Shown here piece after piece: positions 24,101 to 38,300 of a stretch of 64,000 bases of DNA. Position numbers and translations under genes: made by a program. Origin of the DNA: Hydrolagus colliei. Its lineage: Eukaryota. The stretch spans positions 10,540,001 through 10,604,000 of the forward strand of contig CM068758.1 of assembly GCA_035084275.1 (NCBI GenBank), read 5' to 3'. Numbering within the stretch: position 1 is the stretch's first letter; every line of letters starts with the position of its first letter. The notes under the pieces were generated by a model. The model ran no database searches and had not been told where the DNA came from. It saw only the letters and a list, made by a program, of their open reading frames with translations.

Positions 24101-26729
24101 TTTTATCCAAACTACAATACTATGGAACAATGACACTTGCAATCTAGTTTCCTCTGGTGCCCCATCCAACCTTTAAGCCCTCCCTTTGCTAATGTTTTCT
24201 TTCCCAGTGTCTGGAATGGTGCATTGGAAACTACTGCAAAGCACCATGCACTTATTTCATGATTTTTTTCCTTTCACATTTTACAAGTTTAGTATAGTAC
24301 TTATCCAAATATCAGATTGATAAAATTGATGGTACAAATAGATTATTGAGATGGACAGGTAGTTTACACTAAATGAACCACAGAGTGACACAAATTGCAT
24401 AACTCACTTTAACCAAAGGTGCAAGTGAGTTATTATGTCACAACACTTGACAGTAATGACCGTTAAGCGTTTGAGACATTTTGACCTGATAAGATAAGTA
24501 TGCAAATTATTTCTTTATTTTCATTGTGGTTTATTTTGTGTAAACTGCTGGTATTTGGCATAGATCATCTGATTATAGCAGTGATAATTACGGTATTTAA
24601 GTCATGTATTGTGTTTGGGGTTTTTTCCTTCTTTCTCCTTTTCATTTTCTTCCCACAGAGCCCTCAACCAATGCGGGTGTGGTTCCACAGATACCAGCTG
24701 GCTGCTTTCATTTCCACTAAATGCTGTGGATTTACCAACTGTATATGTATTTGTGGCTATCTTAAACAAAATTCTAATCAGTTTGTGCCAGGAAATCAAT
24801 GCTTTCATACATTTAATGCTACAATCCATATCTCTAAGTTGATGTCACGGAGGTATTGTTTCTATGCTCACATCAAGGGAGTACCACAAAGAGAAAGGAG
24901 AAGTATGCTAGAGGGGGGGAAAAAACAAGTGCAAAGAGCATAGAATTAAGAAAGATAAATTTATGCAAAATAGATGAAGAAAGATTTGGATTGGAAATTG
25001 TAATAATCCTTGCAATCCTTGCTTTGATATAGTGTCTTAGCACACTGTTAAGACGTCTCCCAAGTGTTTCACAGGATATTTTGTAAAGGATTGACTATTT
25101 TTACACAAAATAATGTAATTAGGAAAAGTTTTTATGGATTGTTTTTGTACTGAAGCATAAGACCCATGCAAGACTCATGAATAATTGTTGACGAGACCGC
25201 ATTTGTGGGATAAATGTAGATTAATGGACATTTGGATATGCATTGCAAAGGCATTTGGTTTATTTAATGTAATATTTGAAAATTTAAAACTACACACTGA
25301 AAACTATTTAGCTTAATTGTTGACTGGAAAGTGACTATATACTCACTTGGTTTATATATTTAAAATCTATGAATTACAACAACAACAAAATTACATTTAT
25401 AGAGCGCATTTCATGTCAGGAGGATGTTCCAAGGTGCTGAAATGTCAGGTTGGGACCCGAGCAAGCGGGAGGAGCAGGGTAAGGGGGAGGGGAGGAAGAG
25501 AGTTAGGAGGGGAGGGAGGGAGAGAGTTAAGGAGCGGAGGGAGAGAGTTAGGAGTGGAGAGTTAGGAGTGTTTTTGCCTACACAAACAACCATAGGATAA
25601 TGAGCGATTAATCTGGATGCGTTTTGGCCACGTCACTGGAAGAAACACTACTTTTCTCAAATAGAGTAATAGGGTCTTTACCGACCATCTGAAAGGCCGA
25701 TGGGACTCTCTTCCAGAAAACCGGATATCTGACAAAACATAATTTCTCCCCGCCCTCACTGTATTGTTAATACTGGTTCTTATGGCTAAGGCAATAAAAA
25801 AAAGATGACTTGTATGTGACTTCAGATATCTTATCTTCTTTTTTTGTAGAGCAATAGAAAGAGATCTGTAACTAGAAACAAGGTTGATTGTTCAGGGAAT
25901 CCAGAAGATATTGGTGCACAAAGTAATTGCATTCATTAAATCTGAAGAGCACTACTTGGGGTGTATTGCTGAATACAGACAAAGAATATTTGGTGAAAAA
26001 AGATTTATATTGTGTAATTCAAAACCAGATTTGGGAAAGATTTCACTCAGAGATGTGATCAAAATTAGTTTTCATGTATATTGACTAAAGTTACTGGAAA
26101 AAAAAATGCAAAACTGGATCAGAATGGAACAATTCTTGTGCACATTTCATGATATTTATTTTGAACATTTGTTGGTAAAACATCTGCAGGATAGTCTACC
26201 TCTTCTTTCTGCATTTATGACATTACAATTTAGTAACACAATCTCAAATATTAGGTAAAACTATTTTAGTTTGCTCTCCTGCAGTCCTTGAAACACCTTC
26301 ATTAGTTAATTACAGCATATTATTCTTTGAGGGATTGAGTTCCAAGGTTTTTTGTGTTTTCAGTTATTTGAAGTACAAATACTTTAGGTCGCTCTCTTGG
26401 GCCTTGATACAGCTGCTTAAGGTTCAAAATAATAGAATGAAATGCCCTGATTTTTCTCTCCCCTTAACCCCCCACCCCCGGGCATCTCTTTCTTCTGAAG
26501 GGAGAAATGTAGATTGAGGAAAGAATTTCCATTTTTATAGTGACTATCATGACAAAATGTCTCAGTGCTTCACAATTAATTATTGTCAATTGTTGTGACT
26601 ATTTCTACCAAAGTGCCATTTGCACAAGCAAAGTCCCACAAATAGCCAAGAAATGAACGACTAATTAATCTGGAGGATTGTTGGCCATAACATTTTCTAT
26701 TTTCAAATAGTGTCTTTAATGCCCACCTA

Positions 26730-27422
26730 AGGAATCTGGAAGTCTAGTTCGACCCTCAACTGTCCTGTCCCCCCCCCCAATATCTACGGCATGACCTACT
26801 CTGCCTTCCCCCATCTCTGCAACATTGCCCAACTCCTCCACTGTTAGGCCGCCAAAACCCTCAAACATTAATTTGTCAATTCAAGGCTCGACTATGAAAA
26901 CTCCCTCTATGTCGGCCTCCACAACTCTTCCCTCCACGAGCTGCAGACTGTTCAGAAGTCTGCAGTTTGTGTCCTCTCCCACAACAAGCTGCATGACCCT
27001 AATCACCACTACCTTCGCCCGGATCCACCGGATAGAATTCAAAATCCTCGTCCTCACTTCCAAGGCCCTCTATGGCCTGCCCCCTCCTACATCTCTAACC
27101 TGCTGACCCCCTATCAACCTGTCCACTCCCTTCGCTCAGCAGTCTCCGGCCTGCTCCACGTCACCTGCCAGTCTTGCTCTACCATTGAGGACTAGACTTT
27201 CATCCTCTCTGCCCCCACCCTCTGAACTCCATCCCACAATCCCTTTGCCTTGCTCCATCTCTTGCCTCCTTCAAGACACAACTAATTTTTGACTGTGCCT
27301 TTCTGCCTCTCTCACCCCAACCCTGCTCCTGAAGGTGTGGGTCCTGATCCTCGACTGATCAGCGCCTTGGGATGTTCTCCCGATGTGAAAGGCTCTTTAC
27401 AAATGGAAATTTGTTGTTGTTT
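26730..27422 (+). mobile_element. Decayed 5'-truncated L2 LINE
   Basis: HRIEFKILVLTSKALYGLPP motif; homologous to 8880-9530; ends GTGAAAGGCTCTTTACAAATG-(TTG)n. Confidence 0.85.
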
Positions 27423-27784
27423 TAAGTTGATGTAGATTGAGTGCTTTCTTATCTGACAAACTGGCAATACTAAGCCTTATATTTGATATAGCACCTTATC
27501 ATGTCTTTGAGATGTCTCAAAGCCCTTCACCAAATATACTGTATATAGAACAAGACGTCAAGATAACTACTGGGTTTGATTCCCAATACTGTAGTTACTA
27601 CATTTTCAAAGACACTGGGCTACAGAATGGTGTGTGTGGAGCATACTACAGAATAATTAGAAAAAAATCAAAACATTCAGTAGTTTTAAGACCAATTTTA
27701 GCTTTTCATGAACAACAATGAGTGATTTAAAAAAAATGATTTATTGCCTTTTAATCTTGGGCAAATTCTAAACAATTGGGCAAA

Positions 27785-28120
27785 TTCGAATGTTACAGCA
27801 CAGCAAGAGGCCATGTGGCCCATTGTACTTTTGTCGGCTCTTTGGAAGAGCTACCCAATCAGTTCTACTCCTCTGCTCTTTCCAAATTTTTTCCTTTTCA
27901 AGTACCAATCCTTTTCCCTTTGAAAATGTTTATTGAATCTGTTTCTTCCACCCTTTCAAACAGTGCATTCCACTCCGTAACAGGTGTATGTTTAACAAAA
28001 CAGTATCCTCTCTCCCCTCTTCTTTTGCCAACTATCTTGACTTCGTGTCCTCTGGTTACCGACCCACCTGCCAGTGGAAACAGTTTCTCCTTATCTACTC
28101 TGTCAAAACTCCTCATCATT
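27785..28120 (-). mobile_element. CR1-clade LINE 3' end
   Basis: Minus ORF 27898-28119: FDRVDKEKLFPLAGGSVTRGH...WNALFERVEETDSINIFK. Confidence 0.85.
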
Positions 28121-28164
28121 TTATGTATAGTATACCTCTAATAATTCTCTTCTTAAGCGACTTC

Positions 28165-29190
28165 CACATCGGTAACACTTCACACGCTGGACAGTCAGTG
28201 TTTCGCACCCGAGCTAGCGTTGGGATCGGGGAGGTTCGAGGGAAGGGTGGTAACTGATGGTGCAGTCAAAGAGGAGAGTCTTGAGGACTGTAGAAAGTTA
28301 GCTCTCCAGGACTTGATGTCTGACAGACAGTCTGTGAGGACAGTAGTAGTCCTGAAGTTGAGGGTAGAGGCAGAAAGATAGAGTTGGTTGTCATCCGCAT
28401 ATATGTCTGTGAATAATGTCACTAGTGAGAGAGCATCTAAATGTTGAAAAGTAGGGGGCTGAGGACAGAGCTCTGGGGGATGCCACAGGTGATGATGTGG
28501 GGGTTGGACGAGAAGCTGTTGGTGGCGACAAAGTGGAGACAATGGGAGAGGTAAGAATCAAACCAGGTGAGGGCAGATCCGCGGAGATTGAGGAGATTGG
28601 AGGCCGGTGTAGGAAGATGGAATGATTAACAGTGTCAAAGGCGGTTGACAAGTCAAGCAGGACAAGAAGGCAAAGAGAACCCTGATCGCGGATGTTTAGA
28701 ATGTAGGTGGACCGAGAGATGAGAGCCACACCACCACCACAGTGGTTAGGGTTTGGTGAAAGGTGTAGCCGGGAAGTGTGGCCTTGGTCGGGCAAGGTGA
28801 GGTGTTGCCTGGGGTAACCCAGGTTTCAGTCAGGGCGAGGATGTCAATGTTTTCATCGACGATTAGGTCGTAGATTGTGAGGGTCTTGTTAGACAGGGAG
28901 TGGACATTTTGGAGACCGATGCAGAGGGGCAGTTGGTGGTGGGGGATTGGGTGAGATGAGGAGGGTTGACAGGGAGGGTGGGGATATGAATGAGTGAGGA
29001 GAGGTTGGCCCCCAAGGAAGGGGACTGATAAACTTTGTGGCGAGAATGGGGGATGGGGCAGTCAGGTGGGTGCGTCGGCCATAGTGTGCGCGACGGAGGA
29101 TGTGTAGAGTGGAGCAGAGGGAAGCTGTGGGAGGGTCCAGAAGGGATAGGATTCGGGGCGTTCGGAGGGAGAGGAGGGTTGATCGGGAAT
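28165..29190 (-). mobile_element. Internally deleted L2 LINE (endonuclease start fused to RT pieces)
   Basis: Minus strand encodes LQNVHSLSNKTLTIYDLIVDENIDILALTETW and GGGVAL (APE endonuclease), then directly LLVLLDLSTAFDTVNH and IYADDNQLYLS (RT). Confidence 0.85.
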
Positions 29191-30368
29191 TCATATGTGA
29201 TTAGTAACTTAATCTCTTAATAATGTGTATCATTGGTAGTGCACATGTTAAAACAATCATATTTGGCTTATTTTCAAGTAAAAAGCACCTGAAAATCGGG
29301 TTCCTCAGTTTTGTGTGCACTTAATACATTTGGATTACTATACTTTATGAATGATTCCTGGAACCTACTCCATCAACACCTTTCATGAGGCATTTATTTT
29401 CCTAGAAAATCAATTCCAATAAACCCAAATTGTAAAATGCTTTTACCACAGAAACTGATTTCATTTCTCTTTGACAGTATTAATCCCTTTTGTAGAATGT
29501 TTAAACTGGTGAAACGAGAGTCAGACAGATGATCTTTGGTCATTGGAGGTTAAAGCCTTTTTTGCACAGTATAATCCAGATTATTGAGAATAATTTATCA
29601 TATCCTAATTAGTTCTCAAAGAAAATAAACTTCTACAGTAAAATTTGTTTTTTGTTAGTATAATTTTCGGGCCATTTATATTGTAATGTTATCTTACAAA
29701 TGCTTAATTCTGGTAACTGACATTGTAGTATGGCCTGAATTAGAACGAGTTAAGCTGCAGGCATTGGCACATTTTGATCCAATGCCACTTTTCTTTGCCT
29801 TCCCATTGAGGGTTATATTGGCAAATTCATTTGTTTAATTCATGTGCAAGCATCTGTCATAGCCTGTTTAGTGCTATGTCTCCCTGTTGACTGTCTTACA
29901 TATGCACAAAAACATCAGATTTTAATTTGCAATTTTCATTATCGATGTATCGGTAACAGACGGTGGAAAATGTGCCAGAATTTTGTTCTCAGTTGCTTTA
30001 CTAGTTCTTCCACTGTTGGTTGGTTAGTGTAGATTGCTGAAATAAATTTATAATAGTTTGAAATAAATTTGCAATAGTTATGAATGCATCAGAGCATCAA
30101 CATCAGTTTTGCAAGATCTACTACCCGAGTGTGGTAATGAGGTAATCAAATATGTACTGGGCTGCCAAGTTTCACTATATTCAAATGAAGTTCAATGAAA
30201 TTACATGAAAGGGTTTACCCCTACAAAAACCTAAACTATTTTGTGGCCCACAAAATACACAGTCACTACACCTTTACATTGTATCCTTTACAGCACTTTT
30301 TTGCGATGTGGGAAGGTGCTGTATCGAATGCAAAGATTATTATTATAAAACTCCAATGTAACTTTCTA

Positions 30369-31228
30369 CAGTAAAAGCCTGTTTATCCGTGACCTGATCA
30401 ACCGTAACTTCTGTATAACTGGCACCTCAAAAAAGGTCCCCATTCGATTAACCGGATCTTATCCGGCACAATCGCGGTGGAGCATTTAATGAGTCAACTG
30501 TTGCATTAGAGTACTGAATGATTAGTTCTGAATACTGCCGGTAGTGGCACTTCTGGGTTTTCATCTTAAAGGGGCACTGTTTTTCTTCTCCCTCTCCTTT
30601 TTCTCTCTCCCTCTTTTTCTTTCTCTCTCCCTTTCCTTCCTTGCTTCCTCTCTATTCTCTCCCTCTCTCTTTCTATCTCTTCCCCTTTCTTTCTTTCCCT
30701 CTCTCTGATGGATACTACGTATTACCTGTGTAGCCTGACGGTATCGTGGGTTTATACACTGTTTTGGTGGGGGTGGGGTGGGAGAAGGAGAGAGAGGCAG
30801 GGGGAGAGGACCAAGGGTGGGGTGGGGGGGGGAAGAGTGGAAGGGGGTTGGGTTTGGAGCCATTGAGATGCCAGACTGACTGAGTGTGTGTATGTGTGTG
30901 TGTGAAAGAGAGAGTGTGGAGAGAAAGAAAAAAAGGAAAAATTGACAGTACAGTGTCCCTTTAAGAAGAAAAAAACTTCCGTCTGCCATTGTGGAAGTTT
31001 GCTTTGTGATTGTGTGCTGTGTTTATAGACTATCATCAATATTTATTGCTTTATTGGTAAGTATCCATACAATATTCTGTTATTATTTAGTCTAGTATGG
31101 TGTGTTTTAAAAAAAAAGTAAAAAAAATTTGTGTTGTGTTTTTGGCAGCTGGCCACCCGAATATCTGGCATGTGGTTTGACCGGCATTGGCCAGGTTCTG
31201 AGGGTGCCGGATAAACGGGCTTTTACTG
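30369..31228 (-). mobile_element. Non-autonomous Tc1/mariner-pogo (Tigger-like) MITE, copy with unique interior
   Basis: TA|CAGTAAAAGCCTGTTTATCCG ... CGGATAAACGGGCTTTTACTG|TA: 21-bp TIRs and TA TSD. Strand is relative to the 49321 copy. Confidence 0.9.
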
Positions 31229-31759
31229 TACTTTGTTTTGGTTATAATTTGTTCATCTTAAAATATCAGCATTGACTCTCATATTCAATGTTATCTTGTT
31301 GTTTGAATATTACAGCAAAGCAAACAGTGATTTTATTACAGCACAATCATTTTCCGGTGACTGCTTTTGTTTAGTTAATAGTTGTTACTCCCATGTGTGT
31401 AACGGGGCATTTTAGACATTCAGGGTGTGTTGTGTTGATTTATGTGTAATGGTGGAAAAGCTGGATCACTGAATCCCGATTATTGAAAAGCCAATTTGTG
31501 GAGTTGGTTAATGATTTGTGCTACACAACTATATGCAGTATAGTTGATCAACCTCAGAGATGCAACCTGTTAAGACTTTCCAGGTTGTGGCTGTACTTAG
31601 GAAAGGCATGAAAAATCATTCAGCCTGAAAATTAGTTGTGAAAGAATAGAGAGACGTTGGAATTTTTCCCCACCCTGCTTTCTATTGTTCTTCTGGAATT
31701 TACTGACCTACTACAGTAGTTGAAACAACAAGTAGAAGCCAAACAAGTAGAACCCCAAA

Positions 31760-32450
31760 AATAATAATAATACTCTTTGCATTTGATATAGTGCCTTATC
31801 ATATCTTCGAGAAGTCTCAAAGCACTTCACAGAATATACAGTACTGTGAAGTGAATAATAATAATCCTTGCATTTGATATAGCGCTTTTCACATGTTCTA
31901 GACATCTCAAAGCACTTCATAGAATATACATAGTCAAAGCAAATTGACTGTATTTGTGGGCGAAACAAAGCAGCCAATTGTGCACAGCAGTGACCTGGAA
32001 ACAGTGGTGGATTGAAATGACCAATTTATTATTTATTTGGGCTGTGGGGGGTTCCACTGGATATTGCATTTCTGCTTTTTGCACTGGATTTCCCATTTCT
32101 TCTTGTTTAACATCTGTATTTCCTGTTGAATTGATTGTATTATATTTTGTGCGATACACATGGCAGCTAATTAAGCACATCGGTATCCCACATACAGTCA
32201 TGGATTGAAGTAACCAATTTGTTTTGATTATTATCCCCGGAATAGCGATTGACTAACAACTATGTTTCTACTTACAACTAGATAAACAGAGGCATGTGGA
32301 GTAAGGAAACTTGCCCAACATTTCGCCCCTCCGGGAATTGAACCCAGATTTTTCAATGCCTTGGGCGTCCTCCCAACGTGAAAGGCGCTCTATAAATGTT
32401 TTCTTGTTGTTGTGTGGCAAGTGCTCCAACCACTGAGTTACAGGACTTCA
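31760..32450 (-). mobile_element. Composite of SINE tails and a long-form SINE, with an L2 tail inserted in the tRNA head (about 32355-32412)
   Basis: Two tandem tails, body, unrelated spacer, then the head split by GCCTTGGGCGTCCTCCCAACGTGAAAGGCGCTCTATAAATG. Confidence 0.75.
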
Positions 32451-32729
32451 ATAAGCTGAACATGGAACAAAAGTTTGGAGTGAGTCCCAAAACAACAGTA
32501 CAATGGAGTAACATGATTTTTCACTCTAATTGTTCAACTAGAGCTCTTTGTATTGTTTTCTCAGGACAATTGCTTTGTAGTGTTTTCCCTCTCTTTCCCA
32601 GTTTTTTTAGTTTTCCTTTGTCGAGAGGAAAAATAAATTATAGGCTGCAGACATTTCTTTTGTATCTGATGTGATACAAATTGCAGGTTTTGTTGGATGA
32701 AGACATTCATTATCAGACATTTTCTCTTG

Positions 32730-32965
32730 GGGGAGCACTGCATTGACAGAGGTGCTGTCCTTTAGATAAGATGTTGAACCAAAGTCCAGTTCAGGTGAAC
32801 ATTAAACATCTCATTGCACTATTTGAAACTTAATGGGAGTTTCTTCCGCTATCCCAGTCAACAATGCCCCATTGAATTCATCAAATGAATAAAAGTAATT
32901 TGTGTCATTGATGTTTCTGGGACACTGCAATGTGCAAATTAGAACATAAGAATATGCTTGCAGCC
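32730..32965 (+). mobile_element. Old Deu-domain SINE body (SacSINE1/AmnSINE1-like)
   Basis: GAGGTGCTGTCCTTTAGATAAGATGTTGAACC...CATTAAACATCTCATTGCACTATTTGAA...GGGACACTGCAATGTGCAAATT resembles the recalled Deu domain; similar pieces at about 33905-34010 (+), 35100-35310 (-) and 46765-46935 (-). Confidence 0.6.
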
Positions 32966-34999
32966 ATAGTCACTATAAATGCACAATTACTGCATGTTAC
33001 AGACAACCCTGAAGGGATTTAATTCTTTTTGATGTTGAAATTGGCTTTCTTTACCATTTTTTATCCTGTTTTTATTTTTTCATATTTACATACTAAATTT
33101 GAGATCCACTGCTGCTTTGGAGCTAAGATCAGTGAAGTAAAATTTGCACTGTACGGCAGAAATTGTATTGTAAAGATTAGTCTATGGGACAGAATTTGAT
33201 CTGGTCATATTTTCATATGACCAACTTGAATTTCTGACCTTTCTTTGTGGTGATTGGGGAGGAGAAAAACGACTTCGAGTGGTTGATAAAAATGTTCTCT
33301 GGGAGCGACAAATGTTAAAATGAGTTTAAAATTTTGGATGGTGGTAGTCGAAGGGTTAAAGGAAAACTGAGGGTTCCAAATGATTTCTTGCTATACCATA
33401 AAAAATTCCTTCAATATTTAGTCTGTTGCTGTAGTACAATTTCATTATCTCATTTGCACTAAAAACAACATTTAGAGCTTAATGGTGGCAGTCATCAACT
33501 GCTTGGGGAGATGATGTCAGGCAGCTTTTCGCCATCAGTTGATACTCAATTTGTTGACAGAAATTACAGTATCTGAGTTGTTTTGGTGTTTTTTCTTTCA
33601 CTGGGACTCAAAGTGATTACAAACAACTAGAAAACATATGTTCATTTTGATTTTAATCACTGGCACCACTTTTTAACAAAAAAATATTTTAATTAATCAA
33701 ATCCTGACAAGGTAAGGTTTACATTTATGGCATATATGTTGTATCTCATTTATAGCACCGGATAGCGAGATCAAAGCATAATCCAGTTCTTGTTTCTGCC
33801 AGTGTAGAGAATATAATTTACAATTTCACAAAACCTGCTGGAGGAGATTTCATGAATAGCCTTGAAAGCCATTTTGGATCGCAAGAAATAAACCACATTG
33901 AAACTATAATCCTTTGGATGAGACATTAAACCATCTTTCAATGTCTGCTTCTTCTGGTGTTAAAGATCCCATTGCATTGTTCAAAAAGTGACGGCAGAGT
34001 CTCCCAGCTAATAATAATAATAATACGAAGGAACAATACCCCAAATGAAAAAAGATCAGCAGGGTGTCAAAACCAAAATCAAACTTGTATGAATATGATA
34101 GGTTAAAATGATAAATCATATAATGGTTAGACAACATTCTTATTGAACACTATTATGGAACTCTTGCCAGAAATATACGGGATTGAAGATAATAACAAAA
34201 AATTACATGTGTATAGCACCTTTCACGTCAGGAGGGTGTCCCAAAGTACTGTGTGTTTTGCTTTGGAAGAGGAACTTTCATTCACAATTTTTATTTAGAA
34301 TGATAGGAACTGCAGCACGAAGGCCAATTGACATTATATTCTGGTTCTACTGGAACTATCTGTTCTAATTTCAGTTCTCTGCTCTTTGCCTTTTATATTG
34401 TACAAATAGCACTTTGAGACGTCTAGAAGTCGTGAAAAGCGCTATATCAAATGCAAGGATTAATATGATCTAAGTCATTTTTATATGTAGTGGCCTTAGC
34501 TTCAATGGTCACCTATGGCTATATAGTAATTTGAGGGAAAGATACTTTTGAAAAGTTGTTTCCTTTAATTTTCTGTTCTAGAAGTGTGCAAAGCTAGTGA
34601 CGTAAGCAAGTGTGCATGGAAGCTTGTAGAATGAGATAAAGGTCTACGTTTAAAACAAAATTACCTACTGAGCTCTTCAATCCAATATGATTTTATCTTG
34701 TGCATTACAAATCCTATTGAAATGTCACTTGAGAAGGAAAATGTCAGATTACAGCAACAATGTTGCATCTTCAGAATGAAAATATCTTTTATGTAGTTCT
34801 AAAGGAGCCATGGATTTGGCTTACATTTAAAATAAGAATTGTTTAGGTAGATCATGCCAAGGCATTTTAATAGTAATAATAATTTTATCAGCTAGAATAT
34901 ATGCACTAAAATATAATACATACAGTAGACACTCCGTAAACAATGAAGGTATATAAGGGCTCATCTGTTCCTGGAATTGTTTGAAGTTGATCAATAAGA

Positions 35000-35372
35000 A
35001 TAATAATAACACCCTTTGCATTTGGTATAGCATCTTTGATGTTGAGGAGGATATCCCAAAGTGCTTCACACAATTTACTATAGAGTGGTTGAGTATTTGT
35101 ATGTAGGTGAATGCGGCAGCCAATTCATGCATAGTAGTGTCCCACAAGCAGCAGCCATGAAGTGAATGGCCAATTTTATTTGGAGTATTGTTGGCCAAGA
35201 CACTAGGAGAAAGTCCCATTTTGAATAGTGCCATTAAGTCTTTAATGTCTATTTGAGCAGGCAAACGGGATTATTGTCTGAAGGAAGGCAGCTGCAATAA
35301 TGCAATGCATTCCCAGCAGCCAAGTCTCTTGCTTGCGAGGCAAATGCTTCAACCACTGAATTACAGGACTCC
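35000..35372 (-). mobile_element. Diverged SINE with extended Deu domain
   Basis: Tail, GCAGCCAATTCATGCATAGTAGTGTCCCACAA body and head AACCACTGAATTACAGGACTCCA. Confidence 0.75.
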
Positions 35373-38300
35373 AACCACTGAGCTTCCTCATCTATGATTT
35401 TATGGCTATGTCTCTTTTAATGGATCCCCTCTTTATCAGACTAATGCCAGCCTCTACCAAGTTGAGCAGTAAATGCTGTCAGAAGTGGGAGAGAGAAAGT
35501 GGGTACCGTAAGATACAATTGCAAGTAACTGAAACTGATTGGTCAACACTTAACTAACTTCTCGAAACCTAATGCGGGCCATGGAGAGGTAACTGTCTCT
35601 TGAAATGATTGGCATTTAGAGTACTTTATGGAAGAACCAATGTAATCTGTCATCTAGGCATCTTACCAGTTTCTGGTAAATCACTGTCACAAGAAGTCAA
35701 TAAGAAACGGCACTTTAGCAATTCATGGAATACTCTTAAGGTTTTTTTTCTCAATCAGTCAGAGGCTGGCAAGGTTGTCATATGTCATAGGCATCGTTAT
35801 GTCCATTACATTTTTGTATGATACCTTGTGTAACATTAGCAGGATCCCCAGGTGTGTGTTTATATGATTAAATGCACACCAATTTTTGTGTAAAATTGCA
35901 ACATATGACAAACTGAGTGATTTGAAATATACCTTCAATTTTGATTCCCTAGATACTGCTTTACCTTGAAAGTCTAGTTACTAAATTAAGTTGTTCTTAT
36001 CAACTTTCTGTGTCCTCACCTTTTTCGTCTTTCTGGTCTGCCCTTCTCTAATTATCTAGGAAAAGGCTGTTCTTTGGAATTGAATGCTATGTTATTGGCT
36101 CCCCCTTTTTTTTATTTCTTCTCTCCAAACTCACTGAGTTCAGATCTGGAACTTCTGGGAATTGAAAGCACAAATCTGTAACTACTACATCTGTAGCCCA
36201 GTGGGTTGGATCTCTATTACACTAACCCATGGAGAGAGCAGCCTTAATGAGAGTAAGCATTAAATCACTGAGTACCATGCATATTAGTACATTGATTCTC
36301 AATAGAATAATGCATAGTATAAAATGAACAAAGCATTTCTTGATGAACAACTTCATAAAAACTGGTTATAAAATCTATTTTGTTCAGCAATTTTAAAAGG
36401 AATAGGCATTGTTTTTTTATGGAAATGAAGCATAACATTGTATTTCACAGTGGCTTGTAACCACTTGTATATTTAACTTTCGCAGCTGAATAAAGTGCAG
36501 CTCTTGCTAAACATTGGTTAGAAATATTTCAGTTTGTTAGTGTTGCCTGCGTCACAAAAATGATTTTATGGCTTTCATCGTGTGCACAGTATTTCAAAGA
36601 CATTTCAAGTTTAAGCTCTCATTGTTTATACACATAATATAGTTGGAACTATTACATTGAGCTGCATGGTCTTTTAGTGGAAGCTTTTCATTGTACTCTC
36701 TCAGGCAGCCAAGCAATGCTTTCCTATTATTGGTGATGATTTAATCTGGGTAAATATAGCCAATGGGTGTTGTGATGAAAGACAATTACTATATGGTTAT
36801 ATAGTAGTAAGAAATTTTGTAATATTTAATCATCTGCAGTGTATTTTATTATTGCCGAAAGCCCAAATGTTGTTCTTTTGGTGTTTTGGCAGTTTTAAAT
36901 TAAACAATTTAAACAATTTTCTTCAGTAAGATAATGTTTTAATTTCAGTAACTGAAGCTGTGCTCTTGCAAGAGAATGAATACATGTAGGATTCTACGGT
37001 GCCAACCAATTTGGGCAATTGAACATTGAATTGATTATTAATTTAAATACACTACATTGAAACAATTAACATTGATGCAAAGACTAAAACCTGTGATAAA
37101 TATTAGATAGGGCAGTCATTGAGGGCACCGATTAGGAAAGTTGTTTGGGGTGAATAATTTTTAGAAGATAAAGAAAACCAGCGATTGCATTTTCACATTG
37201 AATACTTGATATAGAAATCATGTTCAGAGAAATTCCACCTGTGTCGACATTTATTCTATTTGAGAGCTTGACATTCTTTAATTCAGCCTTTAATTTTGAA
37301 ATTGCTTTTCTCCTAGTTCCTTTAAGCATTTGCCAAGTTCTAGACACTCTGGAAACCTAGGTAAACAGAGTAAATCTAGACCCAGGTGAAATTTTGACTC
37401 ATTTATTCATTGCTTCTTTCATTCAGGGCTGAGAATACATTTTTATCTGGTTAAAAGTGTGTACTAATTTATTGAATTACTCAGTTCTTTTAATTACAAA
37501 TAATACAGAATATCTGACACTAGAGTACCTGGAGTATGGTTAATGGATTAAATTCAAAAGATTTATTTGACAAAATTTGGAGTGGATTCCTTTCTAATCT
37601 CTCACATTAGGATTGCGGGCATATTATTTTTCCAGCTAATGATCTAAATGCAAAAACATTTAAAAGCTTTTATACCTTGGCAATGTTGCAGGAATAAATG
37701 CAGTCTTGTGTATAACCAGATCTGATAACCAAATAAAATGTGGGTATTGTACCATATCCAAAATGGATTGCTTGAGACAAGCTGATTTAAATTGTTCATT
37801 ATGATTTGTAATCAGTTAATTGATTCATTGGCTCAATCCTACCCTGGAGTGAAATGCTTAGTGTAAATACCGGATTATGTACTTAAAAGCGATAGCTATT
37901 TATTTCAGTAGTTTTTGTGCAAGTATTGTGTGAAAGTCATAGATTGTGTTGTATTCCATTTGTAGACTGTACCAATATATTCATACTGTGTTTATGCAGG
38001 ATAGGAATTCCACATTACATTCAAGATTGTGACCAAATACTGGAATAATATCGTGGGTAACTTAGAGCAGTACATTGGATGTCAAACTCTTATAATGAAC
38101 AATGGAGGCACTATTTTACTATTCAAAACAGCATGAATTAGACCCCTTAAGTCATTATTTGATTCCTCAGTATGTAGGAGTAATGTATTCATTTATTTTC
38201 ACCAGTTGCACTTGGTTCTCCACTTTTTATTTCATGTGTCATATTTGTCCCTGCATGTAGGCATTGGTGCCTCAGATTCCAGAGATGAGTATGCAACTGA

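Noticed and set aside
24500-24943. 147-aa hydrophobic ORF in the intron
   Set aside because: T-rich sequence yields Phe/Leu/Ile by composition; no family motif or convincing splice context.
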